NCBI GenBank assembly: GCA_024679065.1 | Contig: JAGIQG010000001.1 | Coordinates: forward strand, 126,046,001-126,110,000 | DNA: 64,000 nt | Direction of reading: 5' to 3' | From: Sphyrna mokarran | Lineage: Eukaryota | In this document: positions 1 through 12,053 of the stretch, piece by piece | Layout: the number at the start of each line of letters is the position of its first letter | Position numbering within the stretch: the stretch's first letter is position 1 | Notes under the pieces: model-generated | The model's database searches: none | What the model was told of the DNA's origin: nothing | The model's input: the letters and a program-made list of their open reading frames with translations, nothing else | Made by a program: the position numbers and the translations under genes

Positions 1-250
1 CAATGGTTAGATCTCAAATTTGAAAGTCAAGTTGGAGGGGAATTTGGCCTTGCAAAGATGTAAAAGGAGTTTATTAATGGGCTGAGGACATAGGTGTTGA
101 GAATGACCATGGAGGTGTTGTTGCCTATGCTTACTGACTGCAGTCTGTGGGTGAGGAAGTCTACGATTCAGTTAGAGAGGGAGGAGCTGAGCCCCATACG
201 ACAAAGTTTGAAGATCAATCTTGGAGGAATAATGGCATAGAGCTGTAGTC
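1..250 (-). mobile_element. Rex1/Babar-like LINE RT fragment (left part, interrupted by CR1)
   Basis: Minus-strand degenerate RT sequence. It continues at 1245-1490 after the CR1 insertion. Confidence 0.6.
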
Positions 251-1244
251 TACAAGTGGTGTACCTCAGGGGTCTGTTTTGGGGCCCCTGCTGTTTGTAA
301 TTTTTATAGATGATCTGGATGAGGGTATTGAAGGATGGATTAGTAAGTTTACAGATGACACTAAAGTCGGTGGAGTGGTAGATAGCGAAGAGGGGTGTTA
401 CAGTTTGCAGAGAGACTTGGACAAGTTGCAGAGCTGGGCCGAGAGGTGGCAAATGGAGTTTAATGTGGAAAAGTGTGAGGTAATGCACTTTGGCAGGAAT
501 AATAAATGTGTAGAGTATAGGGCTAATGGTAGGATTCTTAATAGTGTTGATGAACAGAGGGATCTTGGTGTATTTGTGCATAGATCCCTGAAAGTAGGCA
601 GTCAAGTCGATAAGGTTGTTAAGAAGGCATATGGAGTCTTAGCTTTTATTGGTAGGGGGATTGAATTTCGGAGCCGCAACGTCATGTTGCAACTGTACAA
701 AACTCTAGTGCGGCCGCACTTGGAGTATTGTGTGCAGTTCTGGTCCCCACATTATAAGAAAGATGTGGAGGCATTGGAGAGGGTACAGAGGAGGTTTACC
801 AGGATGTTGCCTGGTATGGAGGGCAGGTCTTATGAAGAGAGGCTGAGGGATTTGAGGTTGTTTTCGTTAGAAAGGAGGCGGCTAAGAGGAGACCTTATCG
901 AAACATATAAGATGATTAGAGGTTTAGATAGGGTGGACAGTGATAGCCTTTTTCCTAGGATGGAGAAAGCTAGCACGAGGGGACACAGCTTTAAATTAAG
1001 GGGTGATAGTTATAGGACGGATATCAGAGGTAGGTTCTTTACCCAAAGGGTGGTTAGGGAGTGGAATGCCCTGCCTGCAGCAGTTGTAGATGCGCCAAGT
1101 TTGGTGGCGTTTAAGAGGTTAGTTGATAAGTTTATGGAAGAGAAGGGAATGGTTTAGTTTGGAGGATCATTGCTTTTTATAATGGTCGGCGCAACATCGA
1201 AGGCCGAAGGGCCTGTTCTGCGCTGTAATGTTCTATGTTCTATG
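251..1244 (+). mobile_element. 5'-truncated young CR1 (HER1-like) LINE: RT C-terminus and 3' UTR
   Basis: Uninterrupted ORF 279-1157 preceded by TSGVPQG, with CR1 motifs SKFTDDTK, LYKTLVRPHLEYCVQFWSP, LERRRLRGDLIE and FFTQRVV. Ends in a (TTCTATG)n tail. Confidence 0.95.
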
Positions 1245-1490
1245 AATAGGAGTCTAACATAGGTGTCTTTGTTATCTAGGTCTTCCAGGGTTGAATGCAA
1301 GTCAGGGAGATGATGTCTGCTATGGACCTGTTGCAGTGATAGGCAACTGTAGTGGATCCAGACAACGTGGGAGGCAGGAATTGATTTGTGTTGTGACTAA
1401 TCTTTCGAAGCACTTCACAATGATGGATGTCAATGCCAACAGATGATAGTCATTAAGGCATGCTGGCTGACTTTTCTCTGGTACAAGGAG
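1245..1490 (-). mobile_element. Rex1/Babar-like LINE RT fragment
   Basis: ORF 1320-1532 contains PACLNDYHLLALTSIIVKCFERLV...LDPLQ, typical of Rex1 RT. Confidence 0.8.
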
Positions 1491-1569
1491 TACCGAACAG
1501 TATAAATTGTTGCTTTTCCTGTATTTCTGCAAAATATCTTGATGAGTTTAAGATGAAAAACTTTGACAT

Positions 1570-2875
1570 GTCTCTTTTTCACATTATATCAATCACTTAG
1601 ATGAGGAGACAGGATGCAATGTATCCAAGTCTGCTACTGATATCAAAGTTATGTGGGAAAATAAACTATGAGTAAAACACTAAGAGGGCAGAGGAGATTT
1701 GCCAGGATGCTGCCTCATTTGGAGGGTAGGTCCTATAAGGAATGTTGAAGGAGCTGGGGCTTTTCCTCTTTGGAACGGAGGAAGATAAGAGGCAACTTAA
1801 TAGAAGTTTATAAGATGATGAGAGGGATTGATAGAACAGATGTGCAGAAACTATTTCCTCGAGTGGATGTAGCTGTTACTAGGGGGCATAACTATATGGT
1901 TCACGGTGGGAGATAATAAGAGGGATGTCCGAGGTAGATTCTTCACTCAGTGGTTGGGGTGTGGAATAGGCTGCCTGCAATAGTGGAGTTGGACACCTTA
2001 GGAATTTTCAAGCAGTTATTGGATAGGCACGTGGAGCATATCAGAATTAATCAGGAGTGGGATACCTTGATCTTGGGAATGGACATAGCTCAGCACAATA
2101 TTGAGGACTGAAGAGCCTGTACTGTTCTATGTAAACTCCAAAAGGATTTAGGCAAGGTAAATAAATGGGGGAAAAAAAAAGGCAAAGCAGAGAAATGAGA
2201 ACTTATCTGCTTTGATAAGAAAAATGAAAATACAGAATAATTTTTAAAATGGTAAGAGACTGGAAAATACATTCACAGGAATCTGGGTGTTTTTATACAC
2301 CGATTACAAAAAGTCAAAATGCAAGTATAATCAGCAATTAGGACAGCAAATGATATACTAGTCACTGTTAAAAAGAGTTAAAATATAGGAATGAAAAAGT
2401 TTTATCTGCATTTGTATAGAAAATTGGTGAAAGCACAACCGTTATATTGTGTACAAGATATACTGTCTTAGAAGAAATGCAACAAAGGTTCTCCACTACG
2501 ACTCCTGTTCAACGAAGAAAGATGCATACATTCCCTTGAATTTAGAAGAACAAGAGGTGATTTCATTGAAAAAGACAGAATTCTTAAGGGGTTTGACAAG
2601 GTAGATGCTGGGCACATGATAACCCAGGCTGGAGTGTGCTTCAAACCATTAGGACTATGATGAGGAGAAATATCTTCAGTCAGAGGGTTCTGACCCTTTG
2701 AAATTCTCTACCACAGAAAATTGTGGATGCTCCATCATTGAGGATAGATGTCCAATTGTTTGATTTTTGATAATTAAGAAAATCGATTGATATGAGAATC
2801 ATGCAGGAATGTATAGCTGTGATCTTACTGAATGATGGAAAAAGGCTCAAGCAGCCTATGCTTCTACAATATTTT
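1570..2875 (+). mobile_element. Nested degenerate CR1 fragments
   Basis: Decayed RT C-terminal and 3' UTR sequence similar to 251-1244. A younger copy (about 1685-2130) sits within an older one. Confidence 0.7.
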
Positions 2876-3883
2876 TGATATTTTGTTGTTTAGGATGAAG
2901 GCACCAAGAATGTGGAAAATAAAATCACAAATAAAAAATGCAGCACAGAATGCTTTAATTCCACAATTTCAACAATGGTTTTCACACAAAAAAAAGGAAG
3001 AAACTAAAGTACATTCATGATAAGTAGACTTTAGGAGAAGCAAGAAGAAATGACACTTCCATATCAGAATTTTGCACAGTTAACGAAGAGGCTACTAACC
3101 CTGCTATTTGAAGTGCCCTTATGCTAATGGGTTTGAGGCAGTCCTAAAGCGACAAGTGACTGGCACTTACGAGGCGGCTCTCAGGTCTGTAATACTACAT
3201 TTACACCTGGTATCACAACCACTTTTAGGCAAAAATAAATTTAATTCTGTTTCCATTTCTGTTCAACACAAGACAGCTTCACAATTAGTGAGCCTTTTGG
3301 TGACATTAACACTCCAGCCATCCAGCGAAGTACGTGCCACATGGCACTTGGATACTGCAGTTAAGTTCCTTGCCAGTTTGCATTTTAATATTGCTGAAAT
3401 AGATATGAAAACTGATCTTTGATCTTTCAAGCCAGCAATAATCCAGTTTACACAAGCCGTGATCATAGTTCATTTTCCTTTATGACAGAGTCCATATCAG
3501 ATTTGTGTTAATGAAAATAGATTACACCTTCCCTGAACAAGTAAAATATGGTGCAAATGATTGGCTTATTAACCGTTACTAATTTTTGTGCATTTTGTAT
3601 ATATATTCCTCGATCCTTTTGACTTTCTATCCACTCACACTCTTTTTATTCAAGCAATAGGTGGTCTCCTTATTCTTCCTCAAAATGTAATACCTCACAT
3701 TTATCAAGAAAGCTTGAATAACTGGATTATTTCCTGCAGAATTGAAAATGAATGCTGAAATGCGTGACGTAAACAACAAACGAGACATGTTAAATGTCGT
3801 TAAGCTTATGAAAGGTGTTTGTTTAAATTGATGTAGAAATATTTCCACTTATAGGGAAGACAAAAACTAGGTGCCATAAAATC

Positions 3884-4183
3884 AGAGTCCCTACAGTGCA
3901 GAAGGCCATTCTACCCATTGAGCGTGTATCAACAGCAATCCCACCCAGATCCAATCCCCGTAACCCCTTTATTTATCCCGCTAATCCTTCTGACACTAAT
4001 GGGCAACTTTGCCACGGCCAATCTGCCTAACCTGCACATCTTTGGAGTATGGGTGGAAATCAGAGGAAACCCACACAGACATGGGGAGACCACGTGAACT
4101 CCACACAGACAGTTACCCTAGAACAGAAATTATATCCAGGTTCCTGTTGCTGTGAGGCAGCAGTGCTAACCACTGTGCTGCCC
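3884..4183 (-). mobile_element. HE1/V-SINE-like tRNA-derived SINE (CR1-type tail), inserted in a CR1 3' fragment
   Basis: Reverse complement gives GGGCAGCACAGTGGTTAGCACTGCTGCCTCACAGC head and CTGCACTGTAGGGA tail. Confidence 0.85.
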
Positions 4184-4639
4184 ACAAATATATGATTGTC
4201 ACTACTGAATCTAAGAGGGAATTCAGCAGAAACCTCTTTATCCAAAATGTGGTAAGAATATGGAACTTGTTACCATAGTGAATAGCATGGAAGCATTTAA
4301 GGATAAGCTAGATAAATACTGAGGGAGAAAGAAATAAGAGGATACACTGATAGGGTTAGATCAAGAAGTGTTGGGAGGTTCAATTGGAACCCTGATCTTA
4401 CTGATTAACAGAGCATGCTCATAGGACCAAACATTCTACTCCTGTTTCTTGTGTAGAAAGCTGGGCTGAATAGTCTGCTCCCATGTTGTAAACAGTGCCT
4501 TTGAGTCGATGGGAACTACACCCATTGGCTGTCATCTTTCTGGTTGGGTTCAAGGCATCAGGGAGATTTGTTTTAAACAGAAGATTGTTCAGCTTAAGAT
4601 GTCAACGATGGTACAGGTTCCTTCATTGGGGGCTACAAA

Positions 4640-4900
4640 CTCAAGAATGATTAGCATCCTTCACCATCTCATGATGTCCCAAAGCACTTTACAGCCAATT
4701 GCGCAAAGCCAGCTCTCACAAACAGCAATGATACAGCAGCAAGATCAGTTTTATTTTGATACCGGTTGAAGGATAAATATTGGCCAAGACTCTAAAGAGA
4801 TCTTCCAAACACTTTTTTGAAAACGAGCACAGAAAGATTCTCTGTCGTGCAATACTGTTGTACACTTAGAACTGCACTAAACTGTACTCAGATTTTTGGA
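4640..4900 (-). mobile_element. Degenerate SacSINE1/DeuSINE-like element
   Basis: Similar on the opposite strand to the 19195-19612 element. Confidence 0.45.
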
Positions 4901-5369
4901 TCAAACATATAAGGCGTTATCCTCTGGCGTTAATGCCAGCAGGATTCTTTGGTCCCGCGGCAGTGACCGGAAATGATTGTAAATTCTCCGGCCTTACTGG
5001 CAACAACAGTAGGGTATAAACAACCAGAGAATGCTGGCTATGATTTTCTACAACAGTAGGACTGCTACACATAGACCCACAGTTAACGCTTCCTTGCTTC
5101 CTCCCTATATCTTTTAATGTATTTATTCATTCATGTGTTTACCTAGTCCCCTTCAAATACTATGAATGACAACATGTAGTTCTTAAAGCCAAGTCAATGT
5201 ACAGTGATTTATTTTAATAACAAAGAATCTTTAAACAATTATTATAAATTTTTCATTTTTGAAAAATATTCAAAAGATCGTGAATTTCAACATTTAACAA
5301 AGTGTTTAAAGCAAATGTATTTCTGATTACACCTCTGTGAAGTGCCTTGGGATTTATTTTAAAATAAAG

Positions 5370-5740
5370 GATAACAATAACTTATATAGTGCCTTTAAAA
5401 TAATAAAAATTCCCCACAATTCATAGCTGCATTATAAAACAAAATTTTACACTAAGCCACATAGAAAGAATTTATGGCAGATGTGCAAAATCTTGCTGAA
5501 AGAGGTAGGTTTTAAAGATGTAGGAAGGTGATTCCAAAAGTTAGGCCTAGCCAACTGAAAGCACAACTAACACAGACACAGTAATTAAAATTGGGATACT
5601 TGTGACACCATAAAATTAGAGAAGTGCAGATATCTGGGAGGATTGTGGGTTGGAGGATGTTACAGGGATACGAAGGAGCATGGCACTGAGGGATTGAAAA
5701 CTACAATAAGATTTTAAAACCAAGATCTTGCTTGACTGCA
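5370..5740 (-). mobile_element. L2-like LINE 3' end fragment
   Basis: Resembles an L2 3' terminus. A related copy lies at about 62035-62330. Confidence 0.45.
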
Positions 5741-7091
5741 AACAATTTGTTGTTTTAATCCATCTCCACCCGCACCTCAAACCTTAAGTACACTGAAATC
5801 AAAACCAGAAAAAGCAGCATAAAATGAAAATAAAATAATTGCAATATTGATCTCTTTATTTAAGTTTGCTTTGTACTAGGCTACAAAATATACAAAAAGA
5901 AATAAGATCATAAGTGCAAAAATATTGGAATCGTACAAAATACTGTTTAGTTTCTTTCATTTTCTAGCAGTTAAAATATTTTAATGGTGTCAGCCAAAAG
6001 TTTCGAAAATATTTATCTATACCCAGTTACATTTACAAATTGTAAAATATCCAATTGTTATTCTACCTGATGTTGAACTTCAGCAACACAAATATAACAT
6101 TTTTCATATAGTTATATCATTACTTGTACACAGAAAAAATAATGATATGAAAGAAAACATTCAACATACTGAAACAGGAATATAATTGCTTGCCAAAAGC
6201 TGAACTCAGTGAAGACCCAATTTTTTAAAAAAAACCTTAAAAATGATCATGAAATGCAGTTTGGAATTGAACAAAGAGCTCTTCTGTATGTTTTCTGATT
6301 TCTCTGGCCACACTGTGGATAGAACTTAATGTCTGGTCATATTGTCACCAGCACCTTGCTGTAGACTACCTTCTTAACATGATACTTATTTCTTGGAATC
6401 ATGCACAAATTTATGTTGCAACAGGAACTAATTTTTAACATCAGGAAAAAGTGAGAGGTTCAAATCTGTATGTTCTCTTGCATCAACACAGCTAAGAAAA
6501 AGCTTGCAAATTCTGAGGTCCACTGAATTAACTGAGCACTCCCAAAAATTATACAAAGCCATATTTCATATTATTCCTCCCTTATGCAAAGGGAAAATAT
6601 CATGAGATTTTCTGCCAGCTTCTGTTTTAGTATGCTGAGAGACTAGAGTACCAAGATGTATTGCTATTTTCATTTTGATGACATTTGAAACTGCCCCACT
6701 ACAACACGAAAGTAGCAGTATGATCAAGAATTGAAGACTCTCAATGCACCACCTCAGTTGACAACAAAAACTTTAAAAGTCAAACAGTTGAACAACTAAT
6801 TGCCTTTAAATTGCATACTTCCACCATAATTCATACAGAATCATCCTCATCATTTGAGGATAAGGAGTAAATCTTTTCAGGCTGAAGTGAGGAGAAAGTA
6901 CTTCACCAAAGGGTGGTGAATCTGTGGAATTCACCACCACAGAAAGTAGTTGAGGCCAAAACAATATCTAATTTTTTCTTGAAATCACACACAGTTCTAG
7001 GGACTAAACAGATCAAGGGATTTTTTTTTGGTGGGGGGGGGGGGGGGGGGAGAATGAGATCAGGATATTCAATTTGATGATCAGCCATAAT

Positions 7092-7397
7092 CAGAACAAA
7101 GAACAAAACAGCACAGGAAACAGGCCCTTCAGCCCAACAAGCCCACGCCGCCATCCCGATGTTCCCACCTTTACCCATGATCCCTGTCTATGTTTATAGA
7201 TCTATGGATTAAAAACCAAATTTGAGACAATTTAGGGAGAATTTGTTTTGCCAATTAGCCTAAGAGCACATCTTTGGGATGTGGGAGGAAACTGGAGCAC
7301 CCGGAGAAAACCCACACAAGCGCAAACTCCCACAGACAGGCCCAAATCCATGTATCTGCACAGCACAGCGATAGTCACTGAACTGTCGTGTTGCCCA
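7092..7397 (-). mobile_element. Degenerate tRNA-derived SINE within a CR1 3' fragment (about 6850-7460)
   Basis: Central domain CACATCTTTGGGATGTGGGAGGAAACTGGAGCACCCGGAG is shared with the other SINE copies. Confidence 0.7.
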
Positions 7398-8755
7398 TCA
7401 AATGGTTGGAGCAGGCTTGAAGAGTTGCATGGCCTAACTCCTGCTTCTGTTTTCGATATTTCGATCCAAAACCAGCATTTAAAAAACAAAGAGTTTCAAA
7501 CGCAAGTTGCACAGCCAGTGCAAATTGAGTTTCAGCAACCTTTTACATTTGGATGCCAGTCCCACCCTAAATTTGGATATGCCCCAGATCAAATTATTGA
7601 GCTGGACATGTTTCTGTCAATGGCAACCATTTGCATCCTTATGAAACTTCTTAAATTCAGTTTAACAGTCAAAAGTTTTTAAATAAAGTATTTATTAAGA
7701 AATTGACAAGTATACACTAATAAAACTAATAATTATTCTTTAAAAATCACTTCATTCAAAATTAAGTTGGTCATTTGCAACAGACCAATGCATCAAGGGA
7801 TGTACTTAGTGCAAGATGAAAAAATATTTACACTCCAAAATGCTAACCAGTTTCATTGGTTCATGGAAAAGTTTACATCTGTGATAATGCAAATAAGTTT
7901 GAAGACAAACTTGGGCCATTACTTAATTTCAGGAAAACAGTACTTTTTCAAGCACAATTTATGCTTAGGTTACCAATTATGTCCAAAACAGAAGCTCTCA
8001 GAATCTATGCTTCAGAATCAACATTCTCCTTTGAGGCATCAAGTCATAGATGCTCATATATGTCATGAAATGAAACCACCATCGTTGGAACAGGAGTATT
8101 AATTCTTAATATGTTGTGAAAGAGGGGGATTAATTTAGCAGACACATGTTAAAACTGAACTCATGTTAAATGTGTCAAAGTCTAAAACTAGTCACTGTGC
8201 GTATTGTATTGCTATGTTCCTGTTTATATTTAGAATGAATCAAACTTTCACAGAGGCGTCGAGTGACATGCTAAGAATTACTAATATGCGTTTTTAAAAG
8301 GGAAACAAACTCCAGGGGTGGGGCCAAAGAGTCGAGCACACCCACACACAATTCTAGACAAGATGCTCCTACTGTGATTTGCAACTGGTCTTTCACGGGA
8401 CCGTAACAAACAAAATGGGCATTTCTTTCATTTTTCAAAAGTGAAACAGATCTGAATTTGTTTCAGTAACCTGCGCACTTTAGTACTTAAAGTATATCTC
8501 AGTATTTCCAGTAACTACACCGTAATTTCCCAAAAGCCATTCCAATCACTTTGCAGGTTGCATCACTGTAAAAAAAAATGCCCAGTTAATCATTCGTTTT
8601 GGCGGACTTAACAGTAGTTAAAACATTTATTTTTAAATACTGTACTTTCACCGTTGACGCCAATAATTACAGCGTATCCATCTCTATTAAATAAACCTGC
8701 ATTGTCTGTAAAATATAAATCACATTATTAATAGCTGATAAAGCATTCTACTTAC

Positions 8756-8768
8756 CGCTAGTACTCAT
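8756..8768 (-). CDS. ABLIM2: First coding micro-exon (ATG AGT ACT AGC G | gtaagt; MSTS-) of an actin-binding LIM protein gene, probably ABLIM2
   Basis: ATG followed 13 nt later by a consensus donor G|GTAAGT, just downstream of a CpG island. Resembles ABLIM N-termini as recalled (ABLIM3 MNTSI, ABLIM2 MSAV). Divergent orientation to SH3TC1 matches known ABLIM2-SH3TC1 synteny. No LIM-domain exon is in the window, so the name rests on synteny. Confidence 0.65.
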
Positions 8769-8829
8769 GTCTATTCGATGTATTGAGACCCCCAAATAGA
8801 CTCAACTTGTCTTAGTTGTAGATGAACCC

Positions 8830-9300
8830 TGCGGATAAGGGGTGTTGCACACAGATCAACCTGTTGTTACTCAATGCGCAAAAACAGCACGCGCAAATAA
8901 TCTTACTTAAAAAAAACACACCGCCGCTGTCAAAATAGCTTCTAATTAAAACCCCTGGCACCAGTGGGTTTTCCCCCTTATATTGTTTTGTCTGTAAATG
9001 AAATGCGACAGTTTATCGCGCTGTCGCAGCAACAGCGAGAGATGTGTGTGCATTCGTGCGGGCTGCTGTCACTCAGTCGAATGCGGCTCTGGTCCTCGCG
9101 CTCTCCTCCCGGGCTCTGTCCCTGAGCTCGAGCCGCAGACACCGCCGCAGCGCGAGCTCGGCGCAGCCACGCGCACGCGCACGCTCCTCTCGTTCTCAGC
9201 CCACCGCGCGAAATTCAAACGTCAGCTGCCGCGCGAGCTGGAAGTTTGTCTGCTGTAGGCTGTGCCCTTTGAGCTGCAAGACCCCAACTCTGGGAGGCGC
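8830..9300 (-). promoter_or_regulatory. CpG island, putative ABLIM2 promoter and 5' UTR
   Basis: Dense CpG (e.g. GCCACGCGCACGCGCACGC) in an otherwise CpG-depleted window, directly upstream of the micro-exon. Confidence 0.8.
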
Positions 9301-9760
9301 ACCCCCCCCCAAACCCCCTCCAATCCCATCCCCCCACAATCCCATCAACCCCATTCCCTATCCTATCCCACCCCACCTCTACCACCACCCCCACCCCACC
9401 CACCAATCCATCCCATCAACCCCGTCCTACCCCACCCTACCCACCAACTTCACTCCCCCCACCCCACCAACTCCACTCCTCCCACAACCATTTACCAACC
9501 CACCCTCACCATCCATCATCACCCGTCCTACCCACCCTACACCAACTTCATCCCCCCACCCCACCAACCCCCCCACCCACTCCCCCCACCCCACCATCCA
9601 CTCCTCCCCACCAACCCCATCTTACCAACCCCACCCCACTCACCAATCCATCCCATCAACCCCGTCCTACCCCACCCTACCCACCAACTTCACTCCCCCC
9701 ACCCCACCAACTCCACTCCTCCCCACCAACCCCACCTTACCCCACCCCACCAACCCCACC
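9301..9760. repeat. C-rich low-complexity tract, (CCCCA)-like, with an internal duplication at 240-bp spacing
   Basis: Nearly G-free plus strand. 9391-9483 is repeated almost exactly at 9631-9723. Confidence 0.9.
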
Positions 9761-9937
9761 AGATGAACATCATCCACATCTGTGTGCACGAGTAAGTGTC
9801 ACGTACAGTGCAGACAGAGAAATCGTGAAAAAAGAAGCTGCTGGAAATCCAGAAAAAAATACATGTCCATCTGTCTGACTTTTATATGTTTGAATGAAAA
9901 CTTGAATTGATCCCCAGTACACCTACAAAATGTTTAA

Positions 9938-10199
9938 AATTTATTTATTAGTGTCGCAGGTAGGCTGACATTAACGCTGCAATGAAGTCATTGCGACAAT
10001 CCCTAGTCGCCACACTGGTGCCTGTTTGGGTACAGGGAGAGAGAAGTTAGCACAGTCAATAAACTAAACAGCACGTCTTTCAGACTGTGGGAGGAAATCC
10101 ACACAGACACAGGGAAAATGTGCAGACTACACACAGATAGTAACCCAAGCTGGAAATCCTTGGTGCTGTGAGGCAGCAGTGCTAACCACTGTGTCACCC
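9938..10199 (-). mobile_element. tRNA-derived SINE, alternative-tail subfamily
   Basis: HE1-like head, tail ...CTTCATTGCAGCGTTAATGTCAGCCTACCTGCGACACTAATAAATAAA on the minus strand. Confidence 0.8.
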
Positions 10200-10220
10200 T
10201 TAGTTTTGATGCGGAAATCA

Positions 10221-10554
10221 ATAGAATCATAGAACCCTATGGTGCAGAAAGAAGCCCTTCAGCCTAAGGAGTCTGCACCGAACACAATCCCACCCAAGCC
10301 CTACCCCCATATCCGTACATAATATACCCACTAATTCCCTCTAACCTAGACATTAAGGGGCAATTTCTTAGCATGCCAATCAACCTAATCTGCACATCTT
10401 TGGGCTGTGGGAGGAAACCGGAGTACCTGAAGGAAACCCATGTATACATGAGGAGAATGTGCAAACTCCACACAGACAGTGACCTGAGCTGGGAATTGAA
10501 CCCAGGACCCTGGAGCTGTGAAGTAGCAGTGCTAACCACTGTGCTACCGTGCCG
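10221..10554 (-). mobile_element. HE1/V-SINE-like SINE (CR1-type tail)
   Basis: Full head with A and B boxes (GGTTCAATTCC) and TTCTATGA tail. Confidence 0.9.
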
Positions 10555-10582
10555 AGATGCCAACATTGGACTGGACTTGGCT

Positions 10583-10744
10583 CAGTAAGAAGTCTTTCAA
10601 CACCAGATTAAGGTCAAACAGGTTTATTTGTTATCACAAGCTGTCAGAGCACTGCTCCTTCATCAGGTGAGTCGCCTGATGAAGGAGCAGTGCTCCAAAA
10701 GCTCATGCTACCAAATAAACCTGTTGTTGTGAGACTTCTTACTG
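10583..10744. mobile_element. Palindromic Penelope pLTR derivative with two degenerate hammerhead ribozyme motifs
   Basis: Arms match the termini of the Penelope element at 27935-30097. CTGATGA-GGAGCagtGCTC motif on both strands. Confidence 0.8.
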
Positions 10745-12053
10745 TACCCTTAATTTCAATTGAGTATATAGTTTTCCTATAAAAATGTTCCTTCTACCAC
10801 AGTTGTTTTCCATTTGAATTAAACAACTAACCCATATTTCTGTATCAGGCCCACACACCCACATGCATTAAATGGAAAGAAATAAAAGAAAGACGTGCAT
10901 TCATTGAACACTTTTCACAGAAGGACATCTCAAAGTGCTTTACAGCCAATAAAACTGCTTTTAAAATCTAGGCACAGTTGCAATGTAGGAAATGGGGCAG
11001 CTGCGATGCTTCCAGCAAACTCCCACAAACAGCATTGTAATTGTGATAATTGTGCCTTTAAAGGCAACACAGCAGAAGAGGGATACCTGGCTTGGAGGAC
11101 TAATTGGGACCAAGTGTGGATACTCATTCCTGGGGGTGGAGGCCTCTATTAGGTAGATGATGTGGAGAGATTCAGGCAAACGGAGGGCATGCTGGCCTCT
11201 GCAGTTTCTTATTAATAAATACCTTTTGTGTTTCTAATGAAGTCTATGAATATGCATTGTTACATCTGACAATAAAGATGAAATTATAACACTGCTTCTG
11301 GCCCAATACCTGAGTAACCTGTTTTAATCAAAGTCAGAATTTAAAAAAAGTCAGCCAAATACCTCACTGTGGACAAATGGACACATTTTAGATGTTGAGA
11401 TATTGCCAGACCCTCAGGGACACACACAGAATAAGCCTGAGTTGGCCAGAATGAGAAGTTTGGAAATGTGTACAGAAAAACTAAGAGAAAATAACCCTGA
11501 AAACAAGAGCTGTGATTTTGAGTTAAAGGGAAAGTAGAATCTAAGACAAAAAAAAGAGTTGCTGCAAGTTTTTTTAAAAGAAGAGAGCACAGAAAGCAGT
11601 GCTTTAGCTAAAAATAAATGACCAAAATGAGGTTTGGGAGATTTCCAGAAGCACGGAAAAGTCAAGAGACTGACACTGACAAGTTACTAATTGAAGGATT
11701 GCCCTTCCATTGCAGCAATTCCTGCATTGGTGAACTTTAAACTGGGAGAGCTGAGTTTAATTTCAGGTGAACATTCCAAAATTATGTTACAACATTATAG
11801 CAAATATCAAAACTCAAAATACCACATAGGGTTTGATGCTGTTACACAGTTTTGAGTAAGATATTATGTACCATTCTTTACATGAAATGTGAGCTGCAAC
11901 AAATCTGTAATTCTGTGAACATCAACAGGAGGCCATTTAGCTCAGCAGGTCTGTACTGGCTCTCCATGCATTTCACCTAGTGTCATGATCTTGTCTTGCC
12001 CCGTACCCTATAATTGTTTCTTTTCAAATAATCATTTAATTGCCTCTTGATGG

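Noticed and set aside
168-605. 145-aa minus-strand ORF
   Set aside because: Antisense shadow of the CR1 RT.
9044-9795. Long Pro/His/Thr-rich ORFs (240 aa, 177 aa)
   Set aside because: By-products of the CpG island and the C-rich tract, which lack stop codons. No domain and no splice support.
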